DNA of 64,000 nucleotides from an uncultured Candidatus Rokubacteria bacterium (GTDB lineage: Bacteria > Methylomirabilota > Methylomirabilia > Rokubacteriales > DASRDR01). This document shows positions 60,999 through 64,000 of the stretch, piece after piece. The notes beneath the pieces were generated by a model that saw only the letters and a list, made by a program, of their open reading frames with translations, searched no databases and was not told where the DNA came from. How positions within the stretch are numbered: the first letter of the stretch is position 1; every line of letters begins with the position of its first letter. The stretch spans positions 128,001-192,000 of the forward strand of contig CAVPSB010000002.1 in the NCBI GenBank assembly GCA_963708025.1. The letters are read 5' to 3'. The position numbers and the translations under genes were made by a program.

Positions 60999-61550
60999 CT
61001 ACTCGGTGGCCTTCGCCTGGGAGCTCCACTCCCAGGCGAGCTTCTGACGGAAGGCGGCGAGCTCCTCGACCGGCGCCGGGTGGTCGCCGCGGCGGGCCAG
61101 CTCGATCATCTTGCCGTCCATCAGCACCAGCCGGCGGGCGAGAACCTCCGCGAGCGTGGCGACGAGCTTGTAGACGGCGACATTCTCGCTCTCGAGCATC
61201 TGGACGAAGTCGGTCTTCGGGAGGATCCACAGCTCGCAGTCGGTCCCGGCGCGGACGGTCGCGGTGTATTTCCCCCGGAGCAGGAGGAGGCTCACTTCCC
61301 CGAGCACCGTCGGCGCCTCGACCTTCGCCAGCGGCTGGGCGCTGGCGGGATCACGGCCGCCTTTCGACACTTCCGCCGTGCCACGGAGCAGGATCATGAG
61401 CCCGGCCGTCTCGTTGCCCTCCCGGCAGATGAGCCCCCCCGCCGGCACCTTCCGGGGCACCATCGCCGAGACCAGCGTCGCCGCCTCTGTCGCGTTGAGC
61501 CGCCGGCAGAGAACCGAGCGGATCACCCTGACCAGCTCTTGATCGACCAT
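60999..61550 (-). CDS. Stand-alone cyclic nucleotide-binding domain protein
   Basis: I.REG, G.AEVSK, LGEVSL, TATVRA; no HTH. Confidence 0.8.
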   Translation of the reverse strand: MVDQELVRVIRSVLCRRLNATEAATLVSAMVPRKVPAGGLICREGNETAGLMILLRGTAEVSKGGRDPASAQPLAKVEAPTVLGEVSLLLLRGKYTATVRAGTDCELWILPKTDFVQMLESENVAVYKLVATLAEVLARRLVLMDGKMIELARRGDHPAPVEELAAFRQKLAWEWSSQAKATE

Positions 61551-61753
61551 CCTGGACCTCCCGCACCAAGGGGCCCGACGTGGGCGATCCCGACCGACCG
61601 CAGGTGATTATAGCGGGAAGGGGTCACTGTGGCCGCGAAATCATCACCGTCCGATCGAAGACCCCGCTGGCGAGCTGTCGGGCCGAGCCCAGTCCCCGGG
61701 CCTTCAGGATGTCCGGTTGCCCGCCCGCGAGCGGTCGTCTATCATCGGCGATC

Positions 61754-63586
61754 ATGTCGCACCAGGACCGGCTGATCCGCCTCTCGCCCAACCTCTTCTG
61801 GTACCGGGACACCTGCAACGTCTACCTGCTGAAGCACGGCTCGCGCGGCCTCCTCGTCGACTTCGGCTCGGGGGCCGTGCTCGAGCACCTGGCCGAGGCC
61901 GGCGTGGACGAGGTGGAGTGGGTGCTCCACACCCATCACCACCGCGACCAGTGCCAGGGGGATCCGCTCCTGAACGAGCGCGGCATCCCCATCGCGGTGC
62001 CCGAGCGCGAGGCCGCGCTCTTTGCCGAGGCCGACGCCTTCTGGCGGCTCAAGCGCATCTACGACAACTACGACGTCTCCAGCATCGGCAACACGCTGGC
62101 CCGGCCGGTCCGGATCGACGGAGTCCTCCGCGACTACGCGACCTTCGCCTGGCGCGGTCACGACATCCGCGTCCTGCCGACCCCTGGCCACACCAAGGGC
62201 TCCGTCACGCTCCTGGCCGAGGTGGACGGCGTGCCCTCCGCGTTCTGCGGCGACCTGATCGCCGAGCCGGGTCACGTCACCTCGATCCACGACCTCCAGT
62301 GGCAGTACGGGCTGCCCGACGCCGTCGGCGCCGCGCTCCACTCGGTCACGCTGCTCGCCTCGCTCCCGCTCCAGCGCCTGCTCCCCTCCCACGGCCACCC
62401 CATGGACGACGCGCCGGCCGCGCTTCGTCTCCTGGAGCCGAAGCTGCGGGAGCTGTATGGCCTCCAGGCGGAGATGCGGAAGAACCGGGTGTGGCCCATC
62501 TGGCCGCACGCGGTGGACCAGCCCAAGGCCCACGTGCTCCCCCACCTCTGGGCCAACCCGCACTCGGTCGCCAACTGCTACGCGCTCCTGACCGACGACG
62601 GGCGCGCCCTCCTCCTGGACTACGGGTTCCCCAGCTGGGACCACATGGCGGCGGACCTGCGCTTCGTGGAGCACTCGCTCGACGAGCTGAAGGCGCTGGC
62701 CGGGCTCCGGTCGGTCGAGGCCGTCATCCCGAGCCACTACCACGACGACCACCTGGCGGGCCTGCCCTGGCTCCAGCAGACGCAGGGGACGCAGGCCTGG
62801 ATCTTCGAGAACTTCGCCGAGATGGTGGCGGACCCCGCCGGGTACAACGTCCCCTGCCTCCTGCCCCATCCGATCCGCGTCGACCGGACGCTGGCGGACC
62901 GGGGCAGCGTGTCGTGGGACCGCTGGCGCTTCGACGTGTTCCACATGCCGGGCCACACCTGGTGGGCGCTGGGGCTGTTCGGCGAGGTCGACGGGACCCG
63001 GGTGGCGTTCACCGGCGACAACCTGCTCGCCGGCGCCGTCAGCCCGCTCCGGGCGGCGGCGCCCGTCTACCGGAACAAGATGCTGGTCGACTCGATCGCG
63101 GTGGGAGTCCGCCGCCTGATGGAGTTCGAGCCGGAGCTCCTGCTGACCGGCCACACCGGGGCGCTCCGCGTCGATCGGCGGATGCTGGAGGACTTCCACG
63201 CCTGGGCCCGGCAGCTCGAGGGGGTGTTCACCCGGCTGGTCGCCGTCCCCGCCGAGGTCAACTTCGCCCTCGACCCCAACTTCGCCACGCTCTATCCCTA
63301 CCGGAGCGCGCGGAAGCCCGGCGAGCGCCTCGACCTGGAGCTCCGCGTCACCAACCACGGCGCGCGCGCCGCCGAGGCGCGGGCGGCGCTGGCCCTGCCG
63401 CCGGGCTGGGCGGCGCTCCCCGCCGAAGCGACGGCGGAGATCGGCCCCGCCGAGACCGGACGGCTCCGCTTCGTCGTCACGGTTCCTTCCGGCGCGGCTG
63501 GCCGGGCCGTGCTCTGCGCCGACCTGACGCTCGGCGACCGCCGCCTCGGCCAGGTGTGCGAGGCGCTGGTCGACGTCGCGCCCTGA
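61754..63586 (+). CDS. Tandem MBL-fold metallo-hydrolase with C-terminal Ig-like (NEW3-like) domain
   Basis: THHHRDQ and SHYHDDH motifs, two PGHT motifs, C-terminal L.LRVTN...LP.GW. Confidence 0.85.
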   Translation: MSHQDRLIRLSPNLFWYRDTCNVYLLKHGSRGLLVDFGSGAVLEHLAEAGVDEVEWVLHTHHHRDQCQGDPLLNERGIPIAVPEREAALFAEADAFWRLKRIYDNYDVSSIGNTLARPVRIDGVLRDYATFAWRGHDIRVLPTPGHTKGSVTLLAEVDGVPSAFCGDLIAEPGHVTSIHDLQWQYGLPDAVGAALHSVTLLASLPLQRLLPSHGHPMDDAPAALRLLEPKLRELYGLQAEMRKNRVWPIWPHAVDQPKAHVLPHLWANPHSVANCYALLTDDGRALLLDYGFPSWDHMAADLRFVEHSLDELKALAGLRSVEAVIPSHYHDDHLAGLPWLQQTQGTQAWIFENFAEMVADPAGYNVPCLLPHPIRVDRTLADRGSVSWDRWRFDVFHMPGHTWWALGLFGEVDGTRVAFTGDNLLAGAVSPLRAAAPVYRNKMLVDSIAVGVRRLMEFEPELLLTGHTGALRVDRRMLEDFHAWARQLEGVFTRLVAVPAEVNFALDPNFATLYPYRSARKPGERLDLELRVTNHGARAAEARAALALPPGWAALPAEATAEIGPAETGRLRFVVTVPSGAAGRAVLCADLTLGDRRLGQVCEALVDVAP

Positions 63587-63601
63587 CGCGGCCCGGCACT
63601 A

Positions 63602-63657
63602 GACCAGCCGGGCCAGTCTGCGCTCGAGGACGGCGTCGGCGTTTCCGCGGGAACGTC
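63602..63657 (+). repeat. Solo 56-bp fragment of the DUF222-HNH gene
   Basis: 52/56 identical to the reverse complement of 13766-13821. Confidence 0.85.
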
Positions 63658-63794
63658 CCCGGCGCCAGCCGGCTGCGCCCCGGCCCGGGTGTTGGTGCAA
63701 TAGGCGGCTCGGGGCTTCTGCAACCCGGAGCACTTCAGACACGGGATGCTCCGCGCCGGGAACGGGCCCCGGCGCCACCCGCGGCTCGCAGGAA

Positions 63795-64000
63795 TCAGTC
63801 GGCCGGGGCCGGGCGGAGGCGGGCCGCCGGGAAGCGGTCGAGGCGGTAGCCCTCGATCGTGGGCACCAGCGTCGTCCGGCCGCTCGTGATCAGGTCCGCG
63901 ACGATGGCGCCGATGGCCGGCGAGGTCTGCACGCCGACCCCGCCGGCGCCGATCGCCTGGTAGAAGCCCGGCAGTCCGGGCGTCTCCCCGATGATGGGCT
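63795..64000 (-). CDS. FAD-dependent oxidoreductase (DAO/sarcosine oxidase beta family), 3' end, partial
   Basis: PIIGETPGLPGFY.A.G.GG.G...SPAIG..VADLI...YRLDRF. Confidence 0.8.
   Translation of the reverse strand, partial: PIIGETPGLPGFYQAIGAGGVGVQTSPAIGAIVADLITSGRTTLVPTIEGYRLDRFPAARLRPAPAD

Overview
Very GC-rich bacterial chromosomal DNA. The gene repertoire resembles Candidatus Rokubacteria/Methylomirabilota, but that is inference only. At least 13 otherwise normal genes carry isolated single-base frameshifts, most likely long-read consensus errors. Gene content: penicillin-acylase family Ntn hydrolase, dps, an RRM / DEAD-box helicase / RRM cluster, GH51 arabinofuranosidase with a sugar ABC transporter, DUF222-HNH gene, type III R-M locus fused through a deletion, REC-GAF-HD-GYP protein, RecQ, oxidative pentose genes split by an ISNCY/IS1202-like element, beta-oxidation enzyme, LigAB-like dioxygenase, two Liv-type ABC operons, two MetE-like paralogs, hicBA, M24 hydrolase, chromate transporters, TauD, lytic transglycosylase and MBL-fold proteins. 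Most notable observations: (1) four genes whose best-supported start is a non-canonical ATC/ATA/ATT codon 5-7 nt behind a perfect GGAGG; in two, the SD is supplied and sequestered by a dispersed hairpin repeat. (2) Three families of modular intergenic palindromic repeats, one with compensatory base changes. (3) A hicBA cassette inside a liv operon, flanked by a ~105-bp diverged duplication of the gene junction. (4) A solo 56-bp copy of the palindromic core of the DUF222-HNH gene 50 kb away. (5) Several cleanly truncated gene remnants. No rRNA, tRNA or CRISPR array was seen.
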